Positions 25,192 through 37,167 of a DNA stretch of 56,494 nt are shown piece after piece (position 1 is the stretch's first letter; every line of letters begins with the position of its first letter). The notes beneath the pieces are model-generated. The model saw only the letters and a list, made by a program, of their open reading frames with translations. It had not been told where the DNA came from and ran no database searches. The DNA is from Octopus bimaculoides (Eukaryota), in the NCBI RefSeq assembly GCF_001194135.2, contig NC_068996.1, positions 8,978,353 through 9,034,846 of the forward strand. The letters are read 5' to 3'. The position numbers and the translations under genes are program-made.

Positions 25192-25335
25192 ATCATCATC
25201 ATCATCATCATCATCGTTTAACGTCCGCCTTCCATGCTAGCATGGGTTGGACGATTTGACTGAGGACTGGTGAAACCGGATGGCAACACCAGGCTCCAAT
25301 CAGACGTGGCAGAGTTTCTACAGCTGGATGCCCTT
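25192..25335 (-). mobile_element. Family C retroposon (young subfamily)
   Basis: Nearly identical to the 36688-36803 copy. Confidence 0.88.
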
Positions 25336-25345
25336 GCTATGTCTC

Positions 25346-25506
25346 TTTATTAAAACTGCAAAGACATCACAAGAATCTGTGACTCAGAGTTTCACATTCC
25401 TGTTTGTCAGATAGTTGTGATCAAGTCTTGATCACAACTGTCCAACAAACGGGAACTTGGAACTCTGAGTCACAGCTTTCTGTGACATATTTGTAGCTTT
25501 AATAAA
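25346..25506. repeat. 161-bp imperfect palindrome
   Basis: 80-bp arms, 65/80 identical by hand alignment, no indels, single-base centre at 25426. Confidence 0.9.
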
Positions 25507-25512
25507 AAGAAC

Positions 25513-25552
<40 letters not shown>

Positions 25553-27217
25553 TGATATGCTTCCTCATAGTTTTTAGCTACCAAATTCACTCCCATAACA
25601 TTGATTAGCCAGAGGCTGTAGTAGAAGACACTTACCAAAAGTGCCATGCAGTTGGACTCTACCCAGAACCACAGAGTTGCAAAGTGAACTAGTTACCCAC
25701 ACAGCCACCACCTGCACCTATATGCTCCTGTGTGTACAATTAGTATGTGTGTGTATGTATGTGTGTTATTTAGTACATGCTTCATTGCATGTATGGGTTC
25801 ATCTATGATAATAAAAGTGAAATTCTGTCCATCTGGGACCCCGGTATCTCAGTCTACATAGACAGATTATATCTTTTTGTAATCAGGATAAACTTGGGAT
25901 TGAAATCTGCCTTTCATTTGGATTTTGAACATCCAGCATTCAGATCTGATTTAAAAGCATTTTGGTTGCTATGTCCAGCAGGTAAAGCTTGACCAATTCA
26001 CACTATTTTGGTTGGCGTTTGTCAGATGATATTAGAGATCAAGGGGGAGATAAATGACATTTGCTTCGTTACTTTCACATCAAGATAAGAACTTTGGGAC
26101 AAATTTGCCAACGGTTGGAATTTGACTTGGGACTGGAACAATAGAATGATTGCATTACAGAATTAATTCTCATCCATCCTTAACCTCTGATCAAAGAGCA
26201 CTGGTATTTTAGTCATTATAGATGTATTATAGTCATGCTAGTTAGCTCTCTTTAGTTTTGGGCTACAGTCCCAATTAGCCCACCGCAGGAACTAGCTTAA
26301 AAGTCTGCATGGAGTGCAGCTTTGAAGTTAGTTCTTGATAAAGCTCAAATGGAGTGTTTTGGGAACTTTCGTTTTTCCACTAATCTTTACTGTACCGTTC
26401 ATTTATCAATTGCATCAGTTTTAGAGATTGAGATTAAACTTGTTTTGTTCTTTCATGGTAAAGCCCCAACATTTTCTAGTCTTTTTATGTAAATCTGTTG
26501 TTACATATCCCAGTGTGTCTCTGATGGATAGTAGAATAGAAAAGAAAATTTATGGCCATTTTGGTGGGGGATATTCCAGCAAAAACAATAACCTGGTGCA
26601 AACACAAGAGACATGATATTGTTCTTTGACTGAAGAACGACATTTGTCTGTTATATTTGCACTGTTTTTGCTGGAATGTTCCGTCAGTGTTCCTCATTTT
26701 TCAGTTATTTCTTATTTAATTCTTTATTTCTAACATTCCGGTTCTGGTATGTCTTTTGTATGTCTTGTGTATGTGTGTGGCAGAGTATATATGTGCACAT
26801 GCACATGCAGGTATGCGTGTGTGATTAGTTATGGAAGCATGTGTGAGTATGCATGGAAGTATGTGTACGTGTATATGTGAATACATGTAGATATGAATGT
26901 TTGTGGAGAATGCATGTGAGTGTGTGATTGTACATGTATGAGGCATTCATAAATGTGTGTGTTTGTGTGTGTATGGATATGTATGTATGTATAAGTGTGT
27001 GTGTATGCATATATATGTGTGTGAGGATATACATGTATGTAGATATATATATATATATACATGTACACCCTCACATGTGGGAGTGTACATTGACATATGA
27101 GTATATGGCAGGTATGCAGACGCACACACTCACACACACATGTATATATGTGTATGGGTATATATATGGATGTATGAATATCTAGATAGCACCATGGTAA
27201 GACGTGGCATGCATATG

Positions 27218-27258
<41 letters not shown>

Positions 27259-27715
27259 ATTCATATCAGGAGAATGAGAAAAAAACAAAGTCTTATGTTG
27301 CAAGAGACATTCCTAGTTTACTGACTAACCTCGCTATAATTTGTCTTTGTTGTTAAAATCACCACACTGTCATGATTCTTAGAAGTGTTACCGTAGATAT
27401 TTAGATATCCACTTTATTACAAAGACAGCTCTGCTCTTAGTGTTTACCACCACAGAAATACCTAACTTTTCTTTCTCTCCCCACCATCTCTCTCTCTCTC
27501 TCTCTTTCATCATTTTCTTCATTCTTTCTATTTGCACCTATTATTGTACTCCCCCCCGCCATAATTCACCACTTGTATACTTCCTTCTCTGTCTATCTAT
27601 CTATCTATCTATCTTTCTATCTATCCATCCATCCATCCATCCATCCACACATCTATCTATCTATCTATCTTTCTCTTTATCTACTTTTCGTACCTATCTC
27701 TGTACCTATTATCAT

Positions 27716-27749
<34 letters not shown>

Positions 27750-28402
27750 TGTATGGATAACCTCTTATCCTGCTTTTCTTTCTTATTCTCTTCATTTGCA
27801 GTTTCTCTCATTTCTTCAACTTCTAAACTTTCTCTTCACACACACACACACACACACACACTTCCTCTTTCCTCACACACACTCAATTGTATCGTTTCCC
27901 TAAAGAATTTGATCCAAGCATGACACCTACAGCTGCTTAGAACCAACTACAAAGAGTGCATGCATGGTCCACACAAGCCACTAGAAATAACAAAGAAATC
28001 TTCAAACCACACCCTACTGCTTCAAAATAAAATAAAATGAAATAAATAAATGAAATGGTTGGTTGAATTAGATTTTGCAATCCTACATACATTATCTGGA
28101 AAAAGACAGGNNNNNNNNNNNNNNNNNNNNNNNNNNNNNNNNNNNNNNNNNNNNNNNNNNNNNNNNNNNNNNNNNNNNNNNNNNNNNNNNNNNNNNNNNN
28201 NNNNNNNNNNNNNNNNNNNNNNNNNNNNNNNNNNNNNNNNNNNNNNNNNNNNNNNNNNNNNNNNNNNNNNNNNNNNNNNNNNNNNNNNNNNNNNNNNNNN
28301 NNNNNNNNNNNNNNNNNNNNNNNNNNNNNNNNNNNNNNNNNNNNNNNNNNNNNNNNNNNNNNNNNNNNNNNNNNNNNNNNNNNNNNNNNNNNNNNNNNNN
28401 NN

Positions 28403-28778
28403 GTTTCAGTCATTTGACTGCGGCCATGCTGGAGCACCGCCTTTAGTCGAGAAAATCGACCCCAGGACTTATTCTTTGTAAGCCTAGTACTTATTCTATC
28501 GGTCTCTTTTTGCCGAACCGCTAAATTACGCGGACGTAAACACACCAGCATCGGTTGTCAAGCGATGGTGGGGGGACAAACACAGACACACATACATATA
28601 TATATATACATATATATGACGGGCTTCTTTCAGTTTCCGTCTACCAAATCCACTCATAAGGCTTTGGTCGGCCTGAGGCTATAGTAGAAAACACTTGCCC
28701 AAGGTGCCACGCAGTGGGACTGAACCCGGAACCATGTGGCTGGTAAGCAAGCTACTTACCACACAGCCACTCCTGCGC
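28403..28778 (-). mobile_element. Family A SINE (young)
   Basis: Both halves, CpGs retained; left end lost in a gap. Confidence 0.92.
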
Positions 28779-31404
28779 CATCAACAGTTTTTCTTTACAG
28801 GTCATTTCTCTCTTGGAATGTTCTTTGTCTGTCTGCTAAAGAGTGCCTGGTGCCTTTCACCTCAACACTGAGTCATCTAGGCCTCTGACTCAGAACTGAA
28901 TATTTTGTGCATTGGTTGGCTCATTGGGGGTCAGGAGAAACGCCACCATCATCATTCTCTCACTTAACCCTTCAGCATTCAGATTATTTTATCAAATGTT
29001 AATTCTTATTTATTCACTTTTACTTGTTTCAGTTATTTGACTGTGGCCATGCTTCACCACCGCCTTAAAGGGTTTTAGTTCAAGAAATCGACCCCAGAAC
29101 TTATTCTTTTATAAGCCGAGTACTTATTCTATTGGTCCTTTTTGGTGATCTGCTAAGTTACGGAGACATAAACACAGCAGCATCAATTGTCAAGCACAGA
29201 CACACACACATATATATGATGGGCTTCTTTCAGTTTCTGTCTCCCAAATCCACTCACAATGATGATAATAATAATAATAGTAATAGTAATAGTAATAATA
29301 ATAATAATACATGCCCTGATGCAGTACCAGGCAGTGGCTGTCATGGCTTCTGATCTTAATTGATTGGAAGTGTTATCATGTACATTGTTTTGTCTTAGTA
29401 TAAAAGATGGGCTACAGCAAATATTCTGCTCAATACCACAGATTTGCTTGTTAGTTGTTTGACCGTAACCAGTTGAGCATATCCCTTGGTGGCTGATGAT
29501 ATGTGCATCTCTGATCATGAGCAGAAGTAGTGGGGGAGCATCATAGCCATGTGTTGAGAGGAATTCTTTGGGGTTTGGATAATTCACCTTTGGAAACATG
29601 GGTGTTTTGCTCAACATCCTTAAACAAAACTTATTCAGGGACCTTTTGAGTGGGATGGGCTACTCGACCTGAAGGAAATTCTAACTGGGCCCCACCTGCG
29701 AGGTCATGCGCTGTTTATCTTAATATGAGATCTTCATGTCGTGCACATATGGTTGTGATGCATGTGCCTGGTGTACCCTTATCAGACGGGTAGCCATGAT
29801 GGGTATGGCATGCACTGCTCTCTCACTCAATAATAATAATAATAATAATAATCCATTCTACAGAAGGCACAAGGCCAATTTCACTGGTATTTATCAACCC
29901 TGAAAGGATGAAAGGCAATGTCGACCTCTGTGGAATTTGAACTCAGAACGTACAGGTAGATGAAATGTTGCTGAGCATTTTATCCAGTGTGCTAACAATT
30001 CTGCCAGCTCACCATGTTAATAATAACAATAATAATAATGGTTTCAAACTTTAGCACAACCAGCAATTTGGTGGGAGGAGTAAGTTGATTGCATCAACCT
30101 CAGTGATCAGCTAAATAATAAAATCCTTAGAGGGAAATTGATTTAACAGATGTTATTGTCAGGAATGTAGTACTAGTGAATCCAAAGTCTTTAGCATGTG
30201 ACACCACCACCACCACTACTATTACCACCACCACACTACTACTAACTACTACTACAATCACCACCACATCACCATTACACTGTTCATTTAACAGATGTTA
30301 TTGTCATGAATATGGTAGAGTGTATCCAAAGACACAGTACTCAAAATATTATGTAAATAGTATTGTTATTGCCAGGAATATGACACATGTAAAATCAACA
30401 GTAATGTTGTTGTCAGTGGCTTAGGACAGAGTTAATCAGTGTGTGTGTTTACATGTAAACTGTGTGACTAAATGAAAACACAAGTAAACTTATTAGAGTG
30501 TCTAATTAAGAGTTTAAAAAATAAAATGTAATTTTATTTCTAAAATAAATTTTTTTTTGGAAATAAATTTTTCATTGGTCTTCAATAATTTTATTGAATG
30601 AAAATTATTATTCCTCTCGAAAACTAAATAGTGAAAGTTATATGAAATAATAATTTAAAGTGNNNNNNNNNNNNNNNNNNNNNNNNNNNNNNNNNNNNNN
30701 NNNNNNNNNNNNNNNNNNNNNNNNNNNNNNNNNNNNNNNNNNNNNNNNNNNNNNNNNNNNNNNNNNNNNNNNNNNNNNNNNNNNNNNNNNNNNNNNNNNN
30801 NNNNNNNNNNNNNNNNNNNNNNNNNNNNNNNNNNNNNNNNNNNNNNNNNNNCCTGAAGATAACTTGTTCACACCTTGTCGTCGACACTTGCAGACTGATT
30901 TACAGAAAAATATTAAAAAATTTTTTTTTTAATTTGAATTAGGTGTCTTTTTTTTTAAAAAAAAAAAAAATGTCAAATCAGATATGAAGATGTCACAAAA
31001 AAAAAATTTTAAGAAATAATAATGATAAAAATTAACCAATAATAAAATTTAATTAGTTTCCTTCAGAACAAACTTGTGAGTTTCCAGTCACAGGGGACTT
31101 TGTCAAAATACGTATGCCGTTTGCAATACTTCACATAGGGATATCCATAGGTCACATGACTTTACATCTACCCACATATATAGATATGGACAAGGTTTTT
31201 ATTTTTATGAATCACGAGCAGTTGACTATCTCCGTGAAGGTCTGTTATTTTTGGGCCAATACAGATTGGCACATATGTGGTTGCAGGCATTGCTGTGAAA
31301 ATGCAAAGAGCTGGAACACATACTACAAGGCATTTTGGCCAACCCCACCAAAAATTCAGTCCATCCACTGCTATTAGATTATCTTTTCTCTTATTTCATT
31401 AATA

Positions 31405-31822
31405 TTAGTATGTGGCTATGCTGGGACACCACCTTGAAAACTTTTACTCAAACGAATCAACCCAATGCTTCCTTCTTTTTTTTTAAGCCTGGCACTTATT
31501 CTGTCAGTTTCTTTTATTGAACCACTAAGTTACTGTGACAAAAACACTCCAACACCAGTTGCCAAGTAGTGGTGGGAGACTCTCACACACACATATGCTT
31601 TTTTTTGGTTTTTGTTTGCCAAATCCATTTACTTTTCCAATCAGCACATATTTACGCATTTGTGTCTGTTCAACTCTCTCTCTCTCTCTTTCAATGCATG
31701 CACAATTGGTCATCCTGATACTGCAGTTGAAGACACTTGCCCAAGGTACCATGCAGTGGGACTGAACCTGTAACCATGTGGTTGCAAAGCAAACTTATTA
31801 CTGCACAACCACAGCCCGCACC
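31405..31822 (-). mobile_element. Family A SINE (decayed)
   Basis: Diverged but collinear match to other family A copies. Confidence 0.7.
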
Positions 31823-32421
31823 CCATTTAGAAACACTAAGTTATAATTTCATGTATAATTAGCTGCAATTTCTAAACTGGGGTTCCCCCAATGAGATTCC
31901 CGCATATTGTAGTTATTACAATACCATCTTTTTTTTTTTTCCTAAGGATTTGTAGCTATGCATCTCTTATTACTGCTTGTTTCTCTGTTCCTACACATCC
32001 ATGAATATATGCTTGTATATTCATGTAAATTTTAGTGATGAACAAGACATTTATATACAGGGTACTGGACTGACTATGTAAAGTTCAAAAGGAAATTTGA
32101 GTACATTGTACCAGATACAATGATCTATAGGAATGAGGATTACTCAGTGAATTTGCTGAGTAAAAACTATGTGAAGGTGTGTTATTTGATTGAAATCATA
32201 GCTCAACATTTTTTTGTGTTTATCTTTTTTTTAGTGTAGACATTAATGGAATATATCAAATTCTATACACACCTAACACAGGATTTATTCAATATTTTTT
32301 TATGGATTTTACACTGAAAATTGAACAAAAATCATATAATATAATATATATAGATATGTATATTAAAATATGAAAATATGAATTAGAAGCAGCTCGAGGT
32401 ATATAAACAAAATTGAATGTC

Positions 32422-32480
32422 TTCCTGGGTCTACCCCTTTCACAGGTTCCCTCCACATTTAAACAGCTGTCCTCATCCAT
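32422..32480 (-). mobile_element. RTE-type LINE 3'-end fragment
   Basis: Reads CLNVEGTCERGRPRKT, the 'VEG.R.RGRP.KTW' C-terminal motif. Confidence 0.6.
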
Positions 32481-33969
32481 ACATTATATATATATATATA
32501 TTTTGTATGTATGTGTGTGTGACTTAGTGAACAAATGGTGAGTTGGCTGGGTTCTGTAATGTGACTCCTACATGAAAGACTTACCAACTGAGTCCTTCAG
32601 TGGAAAACGTATAGAAAGAGATGGAGAGGCCACCCAAAATGAAACTGGCACCCAACATTCAAAAGGGGACATGGAGGACCACACCTTAGCATGAATTGCA
32701 TGGCTAAATGCCATTTCCAACACCGACCCTTTAATGTGTAACAGGTGCAATTTTTTCTCATGGTACCAGAGGTGTTACTCTGTGTACATGTTTGAGTTTA
32801 CAAGTAAGATAGAAACGTACTCAATACGGATGCTGAGTGTAATTATATACATATCTTAGTGCTGAAATTACTGTCTGTTATTACTCGGAGTTTCATGCAT
32901 ATCATTGATTGGTGATACTTCCAAAACTCAAGATTTGTATCAGACAGTAATCACAACACTACAGTGTGCACATGTGTGTGTGTGTATGCATGTGTATGAA
33001 TGCAATATTTGCATATCTATACATACATTTATACTCACATATTCACCCTAAACTATGATTTCCAATAAGTTATGGTTTCCAACGGATATCATAGAGAAAA
33101 TACAGATAATGAAATTTGTAAAACAAAATATGCTTTTTGGTCAAATTAAGGATGTTAGTTTTGAAATTTCAGTCCTCATTTTTCTGCTCTCTCTCTCTCT
33201 CTCTCTCTTCTCTTCCCTTTCCTTTACTAGTTTCCTCAAATTTATAATTTTCCCTATTTTCTTCACAATGTTCATAGCTATTTCTATTGGGCAGTATTCT
33301 GTGTTTCTTTATTTGTGGCTTTTTGCATTCTTTTCACGAGTATCATTGAATGTATTGGAATTGGTAATTTTATGCTTTTATATAACTAGCTGAAATGTAT
33401 TATCAACATTATCACCACCACCATCTTTGTCGTTTTATGTCCATCTTCCATGGAAGAGAGAACTAACTTGATCTGTGATAAGTTAATTCTTATTCAGAGT
33501 TGCTATCTTCTCAATCAGATTAGTGGACCATATCTCACTCATCTGATTCCAGTTTGACCTTGTTTCTGTCCCTACTGCTGGATACCCTTCCTATCCCACT
33601 AACAACTTCTCAGAGTGTTACTGAGTGCATTTTATCCTGGCACCAGCATTGGAGTGGTTGTCATGCCCTCAACAACCCTAATGTTATGTATTTTGATAAC
33701 ACCAACTGCATTGATATCATCAGTGTTGCAGCATCTGTGAAGGCCTTGGGCACAGGTCCTTTCTCCAGACTAAAATGTTAAATGAAACAACTAAAAGAGG
33801 AATGATATCTAAGATCAACATGAAGCTAAGCAGCATTTGTAGTTGATTAAATCAACCCCAGTTATTCGATTTAACTTATTTTATCGACCCTGGAGGTACG
33901 AAAGCCAAAGTATACGTACAAGTGTGTTTGTGAGTATGCATATTTCTCTCTCATTCCCACTCCCCACTG

Positions 33970-34032
<63 letters not shown>

Positions 34033-34079
34033 NNNNNNNNNNNNNNNNNNNNNNNNNNNNNNNNNNNNNNNNNNNNNNN

Positions 34080-34113
<34 letters not shown>

Positions 34114-35498
34114 ATGTGGTGTGTGAATGAATCTTATTTGTATGTTAGGTCGACTGTTGGTGGTGGAGAAATATTGGTACGAATGTGTTGTTTTGTGGAA
34201 GTAACTTAATGTGATGTTTTATAGATGACAAGTTTGATAAAATAGACAGTTATTGCGTCAGTTGAACTGCTTAGTTTGTTGTTGGATAATAAAAGAGCTG
34301 TCTTGAAGACATTTTCTACATTTTTTTTTTTGTTTTTCTTTCTATTTTTTTTTGTCTTTTTCCTAAAATTATTTTGATGCATCAGGTCAAATTTTGAAAT
34401 TTAATTTGACAAGACAATGAAATTTTATAAAAAGGAAATGAAAGTTATGAATGCTTGCTTAGTTATTATCTACATTTAAAATTTTTAAACTGGTTGTTGT
34501 TCTATTTATGAACATATCACCTCATCTGTATAATCTACCGTCGTATTATATTGGCTTCAGTTCTGAAATAGTCATCTAAAGGTTCGTGCTAACCAGATAC
34601 GGCACCAAGTTTTGTAGTGATGTGGATCTAAAACAATTGGATCAATACCAAGACAATGCCGGTGCTTATCTAACAAACCATTTTCTCATTATAAATGAAG
34701 GAGTAAATTTAATTCTCACCCATGCAGGATTTGAACTCATAGTGGTAGACAAATGAAGCAAAAAACTGAAATACATTCAACTTGGTTTTTTATCAGTCAG
34801 TTCTGTTAATTTTTCTGACTATTTGTAATGTTAAATTCTGGACCAAAAAGGATAAAAGAATAAATACCAACAACAATTATCATGATTGTTGTTAATCAGC
34901 TTTGGTAAATGTTATGTTATAGACGTTTGTATGATTGATATTAGGAGCCAGCAACATGATTTTACATTCATATTATGGTCACCAATTGTCACAGTAATTC
35001 TTTATTGTCAAGGACAATACATTATTAGCAGAAATGACAGTGGATATGTCTATGGAGAACCAGTACATCAATGTTGTATAAATGGGTCCTCTGCCAGTGT
35101 CAACTACAAGTATTCCCTATTCCTGTTTTTCAATCATCTGAACTACTTGCTCATTAAATTGATACATTAAGTGGCTGCATATTCCACAGATACTTGTACT
35201 TTTAATGTAATTCTCATTCAGAATCAGAGTGACACAATGTGACACTGCTGGTCCTTTGAATTGCAGGTGAAGTCCACCTGGATGTCTTTCACATAATTTC
35301 TGCTGATCCAATTTTATTTCCAAGGCTTTGTCTGACCCTGAGCTATGTTAAATGAAGCTTGCTCAAGATTCCATCGAGTGTTGGGTACCAAATACATGGT
35401 CTTGAAATTGTGAAGCAAAGTTTTTAGCTGTATGGTCATACCTGTGTCCTAGTTATCAGAAAATTTGCTTTATTTTTATTGTTATCACTATCACCACC

Positions 35499-35697
35499 CA
35501 GGGCTTTCTTAGCAGTGTTATAGATCTTGAAGCAAATCAAGGCACTAGGCCCTTTAATAAATCAGAATTGGGCTCCTAGATCTGTGAGGCTTCTGAACTG
35601 GGCCCTATATATTTGACAGTTAGTCACAGCATACATAAATCAGAATTGGGCCCTAGACCTGTGAGGCCCAGTGTGCCTAAACCTTAAGACAGTGCTG
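35499..35697. mobile_element. hAT-type MITE with internal 32-bp direct repeat
   Basis: Ends CAGGGCTTTCTTAG / CTTAAGACAGTGCTG; flanks TCACCACC/CCACCACC; TAAATCAGAATTGGG..CTAGA.CTGTGAGGC occurs twice. Confidence 0.6.
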
Positions 35698-36598
35698 CCA
35701 CCACCACCACCACCATCATGATCATCTATCAATTATCAATGATCATCTATAACTTGCACTTTTGGTAGGCATGATACAAACTACACCACACAATCCAGTT
35801 TTATCATCCATGTTCTGAGTTTATGAGAAGTCATTGTACCTCCATCTTCCATGAGAATGCTAATGAGGGTTTTGCAGGCTGTACCAGGAAAACTGCTTGT
35901 GTCTGCCTGCTATTTTGCTTATTGTCTTGAACTATTTATTACTCTTTTCACTCTCAGCCAATTCTTTGTGAATCTACAGGTACACCACCATAAACAATTG
36001 GTTATTAATTCATCAAAGGCATTGAGCTGGCAAAATTATCAGAATGTTGAACAGAATGCTTAGCAGCATTTCATCTGAACTTTTTCATTCTGAGCTCAAA
36101 TTCATCCAAAGTCAACCTTGCCTTTCACCCTTTCAGGGTCAATAAAATAAAAGAACCAATCAAACGCTGGTGGGGTGTGGGGGTCAATTTAATGCCTGCT
36201 CCTTCTGTCAAATCTCAGGCTTTGTGCCTATTATTAGAAACAGTTATTAATTTATTAGTTTATTAGTACTAGCATGATGCTGCAATAAATGATTTGTAGA
36301 GTATGGTGCAGTTAACCCAATCAATTTTAGTATTTTACTGTTCTTTATTTCATCAATTTGAAATTATGAAAGACAAAATTGACCTTTGCAAGGTTTAGAC
36401 TTAATCGGTAAAATTCTCGTTGAAGCCATGAAGGGCTGTCAGCATGCATTTGCAAAATTTGGGGTTAATAGGCTGTAAGTTACCAACTTGAGTAGATTGG
36501 AGTTGTGTCCTATCCAAAGGAAAGTGTACTGCCTGACCCAGGAATTGATCTCACAACTCAATTAGCCTTGTCTGTAAGCCACCCACCTTTACAGCGTG

Positions 36599-36881
36599 TT
36601 AATCCTTTTGTTACTATGTTTCTATTGAAATGCACCAACTTTATTTTAGTCAATTTTTAAAACAAGGAAGAATTTAGTAGAATAACTCTGCCAAATCAGA
36701 CTGGAGCCTGGTGTTGCCATCCGGTTTCACCAGTCCTCAGTCAAATCGTCCAACCCATGCTAGCATGGAAAGCGGACGTTAAACGATGATGATGATGATG
36801 ATGAACTTTGTCATTATTAAGCTTTTGTTTGAAATATAAATTAACATGAATTTTGATGGAAGGGTTTCATTTCGATCCACT
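36599..36881. mobile_element. Second TTAA-MITE family copy interrupted by a young family C insertion (36688-36803)
   Basis: TTAATCCTTTTGTTAC start; insertion flanked by AACT/AACT and ending in (GAT)n. Confidence 0.7.
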
Positions 36882-37167
36882 TTAACTCATTACCTACAAG
36901 TGATCTCATATGAGATCACTTAAAAATTACAAATTTCGTAATTATCTGTCAATATTTACACATATCTAACCTTTTTGCTATATCTACTAGGTATAGTTCT
37001 CTGATATTCAAATGAAGTTTGCTAATTTTTCACCCAATATCTCGCTTATTTCTATTTAAAATGCTATTTTGATCATTCCAGCGTGTTTCTAAGGCTGTTT
37101 TATGCTAGAAATCAAAGTTTCATAAAAAAAATTCCAGTTAATAGAATTATGGGAGGTAATGGGTTAA
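36882..37167. mobile_element. Third TTAA-type MITE family
   Basis: TTAACTCATTACCT ... AGGTAATGGGTTAA ends; perfect 24-bp subterminal palindrome at 36898-36921. Confidence 0.75.

Noticed and set aside
25887-25981. Apparent 95-nt plus-strand exon (INLGLKSAFHLDFEHPAFRSDLKAFWLLCPAG)
   Set aside because: Its 3' half and donor match the decayed repeat motif gatttggctgctatttctagcagg seen at about 13390, 23730, 40255 and 47280.
29183-29617. 144-aa minus-strand ORF
   Set aside because: Spans a repeat block, an AAT microsatellite and a SINE fragment.
30874-30894. 21-nt minus-strand exon candidate (SASVDDK or CKCRRQ)
   Set aside because: The donor GTGTGA is poor and the site is next to a gap; insufficient support.
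32866-32950. Short hairpin ATTACTGTCTG...CAGACAGTAAT
   Set aside because: Only 11 bp of outer pairing with patchy inner pairing; plausible by chance or a tiny relic.
34590-34745. Open frame RYGTKFCSDVDLKQLDQYQDNAGAYLTNHF
   Set aside because: Collinear with a decayed family D SINE.
36399-36474. Apparent exon DLIGKILVEAMKGCQHAFAKFGVNRL with a GTAAGT donor
   Set aside because: It directly continues a decayed minus-strand family D SINE, so the acceptor and 5' part are probably repeat-derived; not fully excluded.
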